Part shown: positions 26,025 to 45,600 of the stretch, piece after piece
Position numbering within the stretch: the first letter of the stretch is position 1
Layout: each line of letters opens with the position of its first letter
Assembly (NCBI RefSeq): GCF_964204645.1
Contig: NC_134028.1
Location: forward strand, 2,170,001-2,234,000
From: Tubulanus polymorphus
Taxonomy: Eukaryota; Animalia; Nemertea
Reading direction: 5' to 3'
Length of the DNA stretch: 64,000 bases
Notes under the pieces: model-generated
Seen by the model: the letters and a program-made list of their open reading frames with translations, nothing else
Databases searched by the model: none
What the model was told of the DNA's origin: nothing
Position numbers and translations under genes: made by a program

Positions 26025-28954
26025 TTCTAAGACTCTGGCGAGCAAGTTTATATTTTTAGGGGCAGCTCTAGACACTTTTACTGTGGCGAACACATGATGG
26101 ATAAATATTGTTGCATTTGCCAATTCCATCAACACTAGTGCTTTATTTAAAGAAATTATTCTCTCAATCAACACTTTCAAGCAACCTAAATAACTCTCAC
26201 AATATGTTTCATACGTTTTTTCAATTAGGTTAAAAAGATATAGGAATTCGTGTTAGTCCAGTGATGGTCCATGTTAACCGGCATTATCAGTGATGGTTTC
26301 ACAGATCCTGTTACAATGTCTAGCATGGGCACAATTCACACAAAAGTGCTAAAAACCACGCACCAACAGATATGACCATAAATGATAGGTTTTAATCCAT
26401 ATAAATCTTTTATTTGTACAAATTACATAGTTAATCAACAACTACTACAATTATTTTTGTATTTCTATTTACAACACATGCTTTATAATACACAATCCAA
26501 CTTGCATACCGGTACTCTCTTACATTTCTGTGTGGAACTACATGAGAAAAAACATTTTCAGTAATGAAGTTTAATCACTTAAATTACTGATCCCTGCAGA
26601 GTTGAATAACCGAATAACATGTAACATTTAAGGTCATCCATTTATTTTTAAGTACCAATCTACTTCCTGCGAATTGGACATCAGACACTCGTCACTATTC
26701 TTCCATGTTTTTGATCGAAAATGAACTAACAAATGCTCCTCAAAAAGTGATAACCCAGACTTTAAAGAATGCAAACTGATACTTGCATCTTGAATTTTCT
26801 AAAACTTCATGGGTAAAGTTTCCATAGATAACTCCTTAGCCACATATCTAATAGTTTTAGATGGATGACCTCTATATTTGAATGAACTACATAACAACAG
26901 TGACGAACTAAACTGGTAAAATATCAGTGTAAATGTAGTGCTGCCATCTCTTCCATACAAATGACTTAATCAAATGCGCAGAAAAATACTTCGAAGTTTA
27001 AGCAGTCGGTATGTATGTTTACTGTTAAGGACAAGGAACTGTATGTCTTGACTCTGATGAAATCTATTTTTAAAACATTCAAAATAACAATTCTATAATA
27101 GCAGACCGCGTATATATGGCTACAGTTTATGAAGCAGTATTGAAGTAACACTTAGTACCATTTTCATCCAGAGGTTATCAAGACCTAGAGCTCAGTTCCA
27201 TTAGTTAAGAAATTAGATTGCTGCAACCTCAATACTTAGGGTACAAATCCACAGCCTGCACTTCCTTTTTTGATTAGTTGATTAGTTATGGGCCCAAATC
27301 TCGGAGATAGTGTTTGTTAAGTCGTGGCAGGCCCTATGAACCGGAACCAGGTGAATTGAATTGTTGCAGTAAATTTTCCTATCATACCTTTCATATAGCT
27401 TACAAACCTGAGAACTAATAACAATGTAAATTGTATCAACAACACATTTACGATTATTGACAAGGTTTAGTGTTAATGGGGGAATTACTGCAAGTTTTAT
27501 TCTACCTAAAATATGTTAAGGTCACCATTTCGTTCATACATGTAAAACCAAAACTTCTGGACAGGTAGGATAGAATATGACATAGATATTAAACAGATTG
27601 ACAAAGATTAAAACATGATTTTCACAATACAATCAATATAGGCATACGTGCACATGTATTAAATCATGACTTGTCTAACAAAAAGAATTTGTCCAATTAT
27701 TACAATGACTTAGGAAGAACATATCTTTGAAATAATAAGGAGTGTTACTAATGCTATGTCTATTTTATGTACAGATGAGATTAAAAATTTAAATAAATAA
27801 AAAGATTACAATATAAAAACATGGGCACAAATGTATTAGTATATACAGCGTCTATCTTCAAACAACGATAGCTATTCAGTTTGGCGGCGTAGATACAAAT
27901 TCAAATAAAGTACTCCTCACAGTTGCAGGAGTCGAATTCCAGCTTCCGGTCTGAGATTACGTGGAACCTCGTATTAATCAATGGACACACAAGGCTCAGA
28001 CATAACAAACCGAAATGTGTAAATCAATAATTGATTTTACACAGCGATATACCGTACAAAATAGATATCTTGGTCCCCTGAAGTGTGATGCAACACGAGG
28101 TGCCATTGTAATCATCTATTTCAACCTACTGGTTGAGCAGTACTCAAATTTCTTAATAGATATAAGACAAACTAATGATTGAGGAAGTTTTTTTTACAAT
28201 TTTACATACATTAACTCTCTAAAAATAATTAACAATGCCCAAAACTTATTTCAAACCCGATTTAGTCAAAACGTTTTTGATATTTTCTCTATAATTTGCA
28301 TATCAAGGTATACAAGTTCATTTGATTTACACGTATCTAGCATAAATCTTTCATCAGTTTTGATTAAAATTTCTTCAATAGCTAACATTAACATATCATA
28401 TTGCATTATTAACTCATAACAATTATAGTTGAACTAGAAATTACACACGCACGTTCATTTAAATAACGACTAATGAATTTCTTTCTGAAAATCGACTCAT
28501 TTTCTAATTGTTCTAGATAAAAAGAATTTCATAACATCTATTAGAATCATTCAAGTCATTTTTATATAAAAAGGTATAGTTAAAATATGTGCTTGCAGAA
28601 GTCCTCAATTGAAAACCTTTTAAAACATGTGTACGATGAATCAGTTGACTCAAAGCACCATTCAATATCTTTTTCCATTACATAAGATTCCAATCCATCC
28701 ATCATAATTTTGTAAAGTGTGAATATCAGTAATGATGCCGTAGGACATGAGACAGACAGACAAATCTATTTCGGGAAGATCAGTAGTCAGATGAACTGAT
28801 TGTCAAAATGAATACATTATAGAATTATGCCTACCACACCAAACATACAGTAAATAATTTGTTGGTAAAAATAATGTCGAAACTGATTAGCAGGTTAGAC
28901 GAGAAGATACACAATATCCGTGTATGATGATGACCATCATCAGGCGTACTCAAC

Positions 28955-29000
28955 TCAGTACGCCTGATGATGGCTAACAGTGGTTAGCCGAAACGTCGCT
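28955..29000 (+). ncRNA. Minimal type I hammerhead ribozyme motif (Penelope-like element remnant)
   Basis: CTGATGA (28964-28970) - t - ggctaac[agtg]gttagcc (7-bp stem II) - GAAA-CG-TC. Preceded by an inverted partial copy ccatcatcaggcgtact (28934-28950). Confidence 0.75.
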
Positions 29001-29471
29001 CCTCAAATACAATCATTCTGATATAGAATTTTTCAATTTTGGCTTTGTTATTGTGGGATTTCTCTCGTTATTGGCAGGTTTTCATGTGATCCGACTTTTG
29101 ACTGATATATTTACAAATCATCATACCAGTACCTGTTTCATATTGGAACTGAAACATACTAATGACGTTTAAACCATGACATTTATGCGACCCATAAAAT
29201 TAATACGGGCCATAACTTTGTTCCGAAATGTAACACCATAGTTTGAAAATGGTGGCCTACCACGATTCCGGAAGTTATCGTAATTATGTAAGATAAATAA
29301 GTATCTCTCTCGTTCTTTAAAAAAAAAACCAACCTATCCTATCGCGCTCGTCCATAAAGTTGCATTTCGCTCGATCATACATCCTGAATATCATATACGT
29401 AAATAAACGGTTAAAGTGCACCATTATAGATAAAAGTGTATCATTCTCACATCCTATACCAATCACAGGCA

Positions 29472-34890
<5,419 letters not shown>

Positions 34891-35616
34891 GATGAGGCCT
34901 GGAAAGAGATACTCGGCGTTGTAATGTATATCCTGAAAATACAAAAATTGATATAGGCCTATATATTTTTATTCGGTTACCGGTACTATATTCACAGCTA
35001 GGCCTACTGATTGTGAATAACATATTCTATTAAATCAACTGGATCCAGTTCCACAGTTCTGAGTTATATTTAACCCTAGAGTTAAAACTTTGAAAATGAA
35101 CTGATGCTTACTCAAGAGTTAACTCTAACTCACAACTGTGGAAGTAGATTTTGGAGGGGTCAGTCTAGATATGCTTGCCCAATGGGCAAGTGGCTTATTC
35201 CTTAGATCGAACCCTGCTATTTCATTCCAAATGCATGGATGGATTGGATGTTGGTGTTTAGGCCTATTTATTGGATTTTCAATTATAGTGGGAAGGGATA
35301 GGCTCACTGACTGTTATTGTGAATGACAATAGTTCAGTTAAAGCAGGTAAGAGGATCTGATACTCGGGCTACCTTCAAGCTTCAACACCAACCGAGGAAA
35401 TTCACTTGGCCACTTTGAGCAGGTGAGGGAGAAGGGAGAAATAAGAGACGGGTGTACCTGTTGTGTAAAAGTACGTGGGGAGGAGTCGAGACAACACGAG
35501 AAGAGATGATAGAGAAAACCTTTATGTGGCATTATTTCTTATTTAGCTGTTTGGTTGCATACAATTAACACATTCAGAAGCACGAGATATTATAGTTAAA
35601 GACCACGAATTCTTAC

Positions 35617-36611
35617 CTCAAACCTTGTCTTGCAGGAATTTCCTGAAAAACTGAGTCATAAAATCGTGTTAGTTGGAAATTGAGAGGATATCACTTGTGA
35701 GGAAAACCCACTCTGACGTCATCAGTCATGAGTCACACTCGCTTCCCACAGTAAATTCAATTTCAATTTCAACTTCAATTTATTCATCATAAATCAAGAC
35801 TACAAGATTGTGGATCTGAAGAAAAACAACAACAACAAACCAACGAAAACGAAAATGCACAATAAAACAATAAAGGAGAGAGAGAGAGGTAATACAACAT
35901 CTAATATAGGCCTATACATACAATATTCTTTAATTGATATTTACAAACATATCGATAAATTTACCTACGGAAACCGGCCTCGGGCCCCGGCGCGCGCTAG
36001 CAAAAAATGAGTCTTCATCGTTTAAGAATGGGGAAAATAGGATAGGTGACAAATTTTCACCTTTGTCTTACTGCAGCTGAAATATTGTGATGTGTTACCG
36101 TTAAACTTAACGCATGATTTGACCGAATAGTAGATATTTCTAAATATTAAAAAATTCTCCGTAGGCGTCCAAAATGTAACCCGACGAGCCACCTACCGGA
36201 GTGTGCTGCCATCTAGTGAATAAATGTGAAACCAAACCCAATACTTTTCTAACAATGTAATTTTCCTTCACCTTTGATGCGAGTACTCAGGGACTATTGA
36301 CTATCACAAAAGAATCTCGTTAAAAGTTTCGTAGAACTGTGAAAGTGTTTAAGCTCTGCAGCTGATACTAAAATCTGAATTGAATTGAATTTAGTACCTA
36401 ATCCAAACACGAGGGAGCGCCGTGGTCGGCTGATGAAAAATAAAGAAAGGCAGTCATTAAATGATGCTGAGATGCGCGAGGTAACATCGACGTCCAACAA
36501 TTCTTCAGAATTTCATCAATTGTGGATTACTCTCAAACGAGCAGATAGCGTCAGTGGATTTATGGGATAATCTCTTATGGATTAATATAACCTGTGTGCG
36601 AATCACCGTGT
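35617..36611. promoter_or_regulatory. Divergent promoter region between MKK3/6 and tweety, with CRE, AP-1 and CTCF-like motifs
   Basis: Head-to-head gene arrangement; TGAGTCA 35652-35658, TGACGTCA 35714-35721, TGAGTCA 35729-35735, and reverse TCACTAGATGGCAGCAC 36203-36219. Confidence 0.55.
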
Positions 36612-39600
36612 ATGATAATGGCAAAATCAGGATATTTAGTGACCGAAGACAGCTGGAGTACAAACCAAGTGCAACAATATGAAGTTCAGTGGCTTGCGAA
36701 CTTCTTTCATTCGTTCCCTCACGTAAATTTATCTTTTACGTTAACGGACTCGACGTTTGACCCTCAGAATTCCAGCTATCAAGAGGTTTGTGTCCAACCC
36801 AGTTTTTAACGAAATAAATTATCAAAACTCGCTGGTCAATCATCCCGCGTATTTGGTTTTGTGTAATTATCACATAGACCTAATGCTCACAATGGTTCAC
36901 GATCTGTTATCATTACACAAATGGTTATTGTTCTATTGGAAACTCTAGGTCTGTCAATATTTGATGCTGATCAATCAATACTAGGGAATCTATTAATTTT
37001 GATCCTCTATAAATAAAGGCAAGCAACAAGAGTAAGAGCTTTCCCATTGTATGCCTATGATTAATGTTTCTCTTTTAATTGTGTATTTTTTGCAGAGTCT
37101 TCTATTTTTATCATGTCTACCACTAGTATGGATGGTGCTGACAATGATAGGATTTATTGCGTATTTTTGTTACCGATGCTGTCAACCGGATCCGACTCCG
37201 AAAAAACAAGTGCGAGGTAGATGTCTGAAATGGACGCTAGCGGTTTTGCTAATCGTCACTGGGTAAGTTGAGCTTTAGTTCTTTCCGTATTGATGAGAAT
37301 GCGCGATACAGTAGTTTCATCTATCTCCGAGAAAAATTTGGGTAAAAGTGCAGATCCGCACCTCTCGTGATTGATGCAATCTACTGAATGACAGTATCCA
37401 GGCTAAATCTTTCTAGTGAAGATATATTAAAATTAACCAATGGCAAAGTATGAATTGCTGATGACATTTTGAACCTGAAACGATGATATTTCATGTAATT
37501 GATTGAACCGTTTACGCGGAGAGGTGCAGATCTGCACTTTTACCAAAATTTGATTTGTCAGAGAAGGTGCTTTGTTACCCATTAAAATAAATGAATTCGC
37601 AATACTTCAATAAGTTAAGTGGACACACTACTGTTTGCCCCCACTCACCTGAGACATGGTTAATTATTTAGGGGTTTGGTAACAATGCAAAGTTATCAGC
37701 TTTGAAGCCTAATTACCACTAGCTGTATTTGGTGTTCAGCTACTGTGAAATGTCTTTGATTCTAATCTGTGGGTGTTTAAGCGTTAATCAACCAAGTTAC
37801 AGGCCTATTGTATTTGGTGACTGAAACTGTGAAAAACTTTCTCCCAGTCAAAACAACATGCCTTGCATGAATAGAACATTATCCTTTATGTTTTTAACTT
37901 TTTATAATAATTCGATAATTGCACACTTCTGTCATTTTTGTATCTGGGAAACAATTATAGAAGCTTTGTAGTTATTATCTGTCATATATTTGAATGGCCA
38001 TGATCTAGTTTGGAGGTAATTGTTTGTATTATTGTTTTTCGCAGCGCTGCGACTGGAGTTGGATTTCTGGGTAATGAAAAATTACATCAAGGTATTGAAA
38101 CATCGGCAGATGCTGCTGAATCGGGAAATTTAGTTTTCCAAGGAATTTTAAGTAATGTGAGTACCATTTAGAAATCGGTTAATGACAGAGATGGGGTTCG
38201 ATATCAAAACTTTATTCAATCATTTGAAACATACTAACAAGTAGCCCTATCTGTTATTCAACTGAACTATCATCTGATATCCAACTACATTTGATGTATG
38301 TGATTAAAATTGTGATAGAAAATCTATTTGGAAATCTATTAGTTTCTACTTTTGGGTAGTTAATAGACCTACGCAATATTTTTAGTTTCATTGATGTCCA
38401 TTTACGTGGATGCTTTAATTTAGATATGTCTTTATTTGTCTAATTGTGCTGTGGTTATTTTTACCACTCTAGTTGACTGGTTTCCTATTCTGTTCTGTTC
38501 GTAATGAAACATTTACGGATTAGTGTTTTGCCACAGACAGCGTTTTGCCGGCAGATGAATTAGATTTGCTCATAATTAGATTTACTCGGTGAATGATTTA
38601 TGTATCCATCTGGTCCCCCTAACTCTGTGTCAACTTTACAATAGTTTATGGCTTCATTCAAATTGTGTTAAGGGCTGGTCCATTGATAGAAAAAGAATTG
38701 GGCAATAAATGGCTCATATATTGAATTAGTGACAGTAGGTTATATCTTCCATTTAAGTAACTGTAGGCAGCGGTTTCACTATTTTCATTGCTCATTCCAG
38801 GGTAATTGATATAAAACCTATATGACAACTCTTTCATAGTTCATCACTTTTCTTCCACTTATAGCCATTGTTTTATGTATGTGGACCGCTAATCACAAAT
38901 TGATGATTTTTGTTGTGGATCAGGACGATTTCTACAGTTTGAATTGATCACTATCGCCTTACATTGCTTACTTTTACCAATCAGATGGAAACTGCTAACT
39001 TTTGCCTCAGCCTCACTAACTACTATGAATCCTATAAATTTGGTTTTCCATCCGAAAATGGTCTTTGAACAGGAGCTTAAAGACTGGGTTCAATTCATAG
39101 AAAGATCGATAGGTCTCATGGAGCCGCAGATGTCCTTACAAAATTACACAGTCTTTTGGTGTCTCCCTTGAGATCATTGTCTGGTGTGATTTATTTAGTA
39201 GGTTAATGACAGTCGTGTGGTGTCTTTTAACAACGTCTATAATGACAACCCCATAAAAAACCCAAATTAGACCTACCTGTCATCACAGAGATTATTCAGG
39301 TTATTGAAATTATAAACTTGTCGGAATTTTCGAAATATGGAATGTCATTTTTGCTTTATCTATATTTTATTGCATATGGAAGCAGATTGGTGTTAGGCCT
39401 GGTCTGTTGAAATGTTTAACCCTGCTGCTACACTGTCAATCATCTACACATTTGTTACCAGTAGACTCAGTATTTATTTGTCTTGTCGCATGGTTCCGAA
39501 TTATCGACGAATCGAGCGCACAGTCATCTGGAAAAGGGATCTGTTGCGCTGTTCCTCGCTGGAAGTTTTCTTCTTATCATACGCAGTGATTTATCCCGCT

Positions 39601-42600
39601 GATAAATCCTGTCAATTTGCCGTGTGATCGACGTTGCGTATATACGCGCTTGAATTCGATGAAATCTTCTATCCGCGCAAAGCGAGATAATTATCTACCT
39701 TAATGAGCCTCGTAATCTGGCTTCTATTTCAAATTTGCTTCCTCGATCTGGCCGTAAATTGGGCTCATTTTCAGTCTATCATCTCAGTCATTTGCTCCCA
39801 TCAAATCTACATCATTATAAACGCATATTGTGCGTTAATTTCCCCCCCCGAGTTTTTCTTGTAAACATTGGGAGGGGGGGTTTATTTAAACCAGCGTCCG
39901 GGTTGTAAAACTAACAGCAATAGTCAAGTTATATATTCATGAAATCAGTGATAATGTCCCCCACCCCCCGGGGTCAGACTATTATGTAGATTGAATTTCT
40001 ATGCGTGTAGTGTTTGCCATTCGGTCGTATTACCATCAAATTTCATTATTCTCCGTTCCCCGGTATCCGGAGAGCTCGCTCAACCGGTGGCACACCGGCC
40101 GTACACGCCGGCTTCGCGAATTTGGATTTTTTCGATATCATCAATTCTACCGATGCAGCATCGTGTACCTTTGGTGATTGAAATGCTGCATGTAACCATG
40201 GTGACTGCATCGTTGAACACGTTTCTTTCGATGATTGTAACGAAGGTATCGAGCTGCAGCTACCGTTCCATTCCGTGCTGCGAATGTAGATCATTTCAAT
40301 AAAAAACTTCCTTGATTGTTTTTTTTATACCCTCAACCCGCTAAGCGCCACGCTTAGACCGAGAAATTCTGTCGCCTGCCGCCAGGGTTTGAACCCATAT
40401 ACCCTGGATTGACGAAACCAGTGACCGGTGGACTCGGCCATTGCGCCTCTCTTGTTGTTTAGTAGATTCTAAAATCAGGTGTTATCTTCTAATACGAGAA
40501 ATATGAAGTTCACAGTGACTGGTAGGCCTATATGAAAATGTGGTGATATTTATGTTTAGATAATGAACTCATTTTTTCGCTGACAATTGATTATAGTTAG
40601 TAGGCCCTACCTCTAAACTTAAACGTGATACACTTCCATGAGTTGAAAGCTATAAACTGACATTAAAATGAAAGTTGAAGTTGTTATTTTTGATTAGTTT
40701 TTGTAATGAAAACCTACATGTATTTGTATTCGAGTGTCGCCTGATTCCATTTTGAATATTTATTTTCATTTGAAATGTGATGAAATCTAATGGTGATTTC
40801 CGTGTCTGGCGTTGTATGCTGATATAATAATGAAACTGATGATTGCTTCGATTCTCTCTTGATACCATTTCATAAATGGACGTTAAGTGTCTTGTTGAAT
40901 ATTTAATATACTCGAGTGATGATCGGCACATTAAACTCAAGTAGAGAACTGAGAACTGGAATCTGTTACTTCACGACACTTTCTGCTGGCTGAAGTGACT
41001 GCAGCCACTATTTTGGATGAAGTCCGCCCCTGTTCCGTCATCTAAGGATCTGCCATCTTGGATGATGTAACTTCCTATTTGCCATTTAAAAGATGATGTC
41101 ACTACCTGCTGGTTATCAGTATCTCAGTCATCTGTTATCCTATCTCTTGTTTTAGTCATCATTCTGTTATCCTCTATTTTAGGATTCGCGATGTTCTAGT
41201 CCAATGGATAATCAATTTTGAAATTTGTCTCATTCTCTTTTATTTATTCATAGAAATGTTGTCTCTAGTTGATAGAATGTATTTGTTTAATAATCTGTCA
41301 TCGACTGCAAAGGAATTATAGGCATTTTGAAAGGGTTGAATAAATAATTTTGGCATTGGTTGACATATCTCTCTGGAGAAAAACAAGATTTCTACCAATA
41401 CATGTAAACTGTTTACTTTGTTGGATGTCATGTCAACACTGAAACAGGAACTCTTGTACCCATTCCATAAAATCTTACTCTTTGATGCCCGGTTGAAGTA
41501 AGACACGATCAAAACAACAGTTTATGTTTGGGATATTTCTCCCTGGAGGCTTCTATCAAACACGACAAGCACAAATAGCATTCCAATCACTAGACCTCTG
41601 CACACTGTGTGAAGATTATGTTGCAAAAATAAATGCACCCGTTTAAATTCATCCAGAGCAAAACACTCGACCTGAATCTCGACCTGAATCTCAAGCCACA
41701 GGCTTCGATTCTCCGAGATCTGAGGTGTTTTGATATTTTGTTATGTGCAGCAAAACCTCGTTTTCGGAAAAGATGATTTAATTATCACTGCATCAATAGT
41801 GAAGGATGTAGTCGTTACCTCATCTGTGCCAGATTGAAAAATTGGAACTCAAACGTTATTTTAATCAACTAACTATTATCTATACGATGCATTATTACTT
41901 GCATCAAGTCTGGCTTTTATTTGCATGCGTGAATTAAATGATGATTAGAGTATGGATAGTGAAATGATCGTGGAATGCTTGACCGCTGATGATGAGAATA
42001 ACTATGAGATGAGTAAGTTGGTCGGTGATTAGATTTGAAAGTTTGATCTAGGATTTGCAACGCTGATCTGAGTTCGGATCTGACTCAGACATCGTTATAT
42101 TAACGATATATGTATGTATATACATACACTTGCGAAGGGCTTTTCGAGATGATAGTTCCCAGACAGTAGTTCTTGAAAAATACTTTTTAAGATTGAATGG
42201 AAAGATATTGCACCATATGACGTATATAGCCTAGCGTTAAGAGAGAGGATGTTTCTGGTAGAAAATATCTAATCAATTCAGTGTCAGAATGAACATCAAA
42301 ATGAATATGTTTGTAGATATTTATAAGGTTTAGTTTCTCTCAAATCAATGTTACGATAAATTGGATTGTTTAAGATTTCATACAGTGATCTAACTCCTTC
42401 TTAGCATATCACCTTTGTGTGCGCAGAGTTTCCGACCAAGGTCAGACTGTCAGTGCGGTCACCTTGGTTCCGAGATGGCAGCGGTCAATTAGAAATGTCT
42501 GAAAGTTTCAGACGGTTCCCGGATAGGTTGTCGTTCAGGTGATTCGCGACCATTAACAGAAGCAGCACTTTCTACTGCAGATTTTTATGAGGGTTTCATC

Positions 42601-45600
42601 GAGTGGTAGTAGTCTCTGACGAGGTGGCAGAGATCCCTGACCTGTACGCTGTCTAGTTTATCCTTGATGATTCTCGTTGTATTTCAGTATGTTCAGTTGT
42701 TTATAGATTTTAGATGGTTGACTGCGATTGATGAGTTTAGATTCAATCTATATTAATCGATATGAAGAGAACCGATGATATAATCAATCAGTGTCTCCCG
42801 ATTCATAAGTCTTCAGTCATCGTTTACAATCGAAGTCTTCATTGTCAATTATCGGCTGTAGAATATCTTCATTGTAGTCACAATCAGAGCTGAAAGACTA
42901 CACAGGAACCTATCACATAAAAACCTGTATGAGTAATAACATAATAGTGCCTGGATCAGCAGAATCTTAATCCCACAGAATCTGAAACGTTTAATAATCC
43001 AAATAATCTTGGATTTGTCAAATGATTACTCCAAGGAATAATGGGAAACTAGACTTCTATACTTATTTCAATAGACTTCTTTTTACTGTTTTTCTGGTAT
43101 TTTTGTACTCAATTCCAAATCGAAGAAAGTGTTCATATGATTATTCGCTCATTGCTCAGGTCCTCTCGTATAAAACTTGATGGATCCAGTGGATTTACCG
43201 AGAGTTCTAGTGGAGATGAATCATTTCTTTCTGTGTTTACATTTTCCAGATTTATCCGGGAGGTAGTATACCCCCATACAACCTCAGATGAGTGGATGAA
43301 TATTTATGATTCATACGGAGATAAACTCCCTGAGTGTTCTCTTTTTCACGGGCTACAGATACAAACTTAATTCCTCGGAGACTTATTAGATATCATTTGA
43401 AAATGAAGAGTTCTATGAGATTTCACGAAGATATTTTCCTTTAAGTGGCATTTGTTGCATCTTGGAGTTTCCGGGACACTGTTCCCACTTTTACACCACT
43501 TGGAGTCCTTTTTCAGGACAATGTTCCCAATATTTGACAACTTGTGAACAATTTTTGGGGACAATATTTCCTCAATGCTTGATGCATATTAAGAGTGTCC
43601 TGCATCATTTTCTCTTAGGATTAATGTTGTTTTGACACCCCGAGTATAAAGTTTATTAGTTTGATTTGTAACAGATTGTTACTAGTCCACGGACTCTCTC
43701 TCCACGCATTGATTTACGTCAGCAATTGCAAATCGCATGTGATTTACTAACATTTAGCACTCAATTCGCAGCTGATTAGAAAATCTCATTAACTTCTATA
43801 ACAAGGATTAATCAGTAACTTGATATACTTCTGAGAGATGTACCTTACTGTGGTGCACAGATCTCCTGCCCATGTTCATTTGCCTATCATTCATTCCTTC
43901 AGCAAATTCATTAGTGAGGCTAATTGCTGATTGGAGTTATTTTGGTTTCTATAACAGTTTATACACGGTCAAGGCTGCTATGATTTTGTGTATGAATCTA
44001 CCTATCCTTGCCATATCCGAATCTGTATCACCGTACAATGAGTTTGGACACGTCTCTCAAGCTGGAAAGACTTTTTACATCATTTCGCATTGTCCATTCT
44101 CAACCAACTTTTCGATTTCAGTTCAGAAGATAACCTATACAGTTATTGTATATACAGTCATCGATGAACAGCCAGTATTAGAATATAAAATAGTATAGAA
44201 TTGCTCTTCTTCTATCCGTAGAAGAGTAATGTCCATATTGGGAATAGATTGTTCGACGTGGTTAATTCACTACGGAGTCACTGACTCCCGTAATTGGATG
44301 AGTCTATTTCAGGAATGATGTTTTCAATTACATCAATCATTTTCACTGGTTCTGTATTCGCCAGATGCTACTTTTTTCAGTTTCTGTCTGTTATTGACTA
44401 AATCGACTACGATGAGTAGAGAAGTTGTTTACTAGATGAGACCTACGAGCAATCATCTCAACAAGACCACGTATTGCAATCCAGTCTTGATTGATGTTAA
44501 AAAACCCACTTTTAGGAGTCGTTTGACCAAGGACGAGAATGGCATCATCTTTTATCACAGAGAAGAATAGATTTTACGTCATGAAATGGAAAGTTTCTAT
44601 TTGCATTATCTAAAAAACTCATAGATCACAATTTTTCGCACGCGTTTGTTAAAACGTTTAACAGCCCTCATTTGAGCCCTCAGCAATCAGTGACATGCGA
44701 AAGGTGTAGCATTGTTATTCCGATCAATGGTTTTGATATCACCTTAAATCTGACGAAGCCATTACTGTCGTAACTTCCGGCTTTTATTCCGTCTGCTCCC
44801 TGATGGTCGGCCATTATCACGGACGCCGCGAACAACTTGATTAAATGACTGCCGCAAAAAAAAAACCCGGGGAGGAAATATCCATCGGGACTTTTAGTGG
44901 ATTGTGTTCGACGCCATCACGAACACAACTTAACAAAGCAAAATGTTGTTGGCGCTTCGTTCAGCCAAAATGAATGAACATTTCCCCGGAAAAAATCAGT
45001 ATACTCAGAAGATCAATTTCGATGTATAAATACTGAAATTGGTTTATATTCCCATCTTGTAGAAGACATCCAAGAGTTGCATTGATCTTATTGAATTTTC
45101 TTACAGTTTACTAGCACCGGCATATTATGCAATGAGCTGATCTATGATTCTTTGAATTACTAAAAATTGGAATGCCCTCTTAATATGTAGAGCAGATTTG
45201 GCAATTCAAGGACTGGTGGCCTTAGGACAAAAATGGGCTTTGTTGGCCCTTATGGCGGCCCATTTGGATTTATTTTGAAAGAATTTAAAAATCCAGACTT
45301 TGGGAGGCACATTCGAATTCTGAACAAAAGGCTACTAAAACTGTAGCTCAAATGGAGTTCCGCTTTCAAAAGATCCAGGCTGATTTCGGCTTATTTCAGG
45401 CCGAATGTACAAGTTTTCTACTCACTAAGTGCATATGATCTTTATGTTTTTGACTGTCACATGCCTGAAGGCCGGAAAAATATCACTGTGCCTTAATGGT
45501 TGTTAGAATTGTGATCACGATCAGATTGTGTGGCGATCAGATTGTGTGGCTGTGGCTGCACTGAGATCGTAGATAGACAGGTTCAGTGTAAGGTTGGCGT

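Noticed and set aside
25938-26180. 80-aa minus-strand ORF as an extra MAP2K exon or small gene
   Set aside because: Its 3' part is a copy of the CATC...GATG element, and the kinase already terminates at 29472.
37455-37485. CTGATGA...GAAAC
   Set aside because: No stem II can form between the core segments.
43137-44198. Short ORFs in the large tweety intron as a nested gene
   Set aside because: No recognisable motifs and no consistent splice chain.
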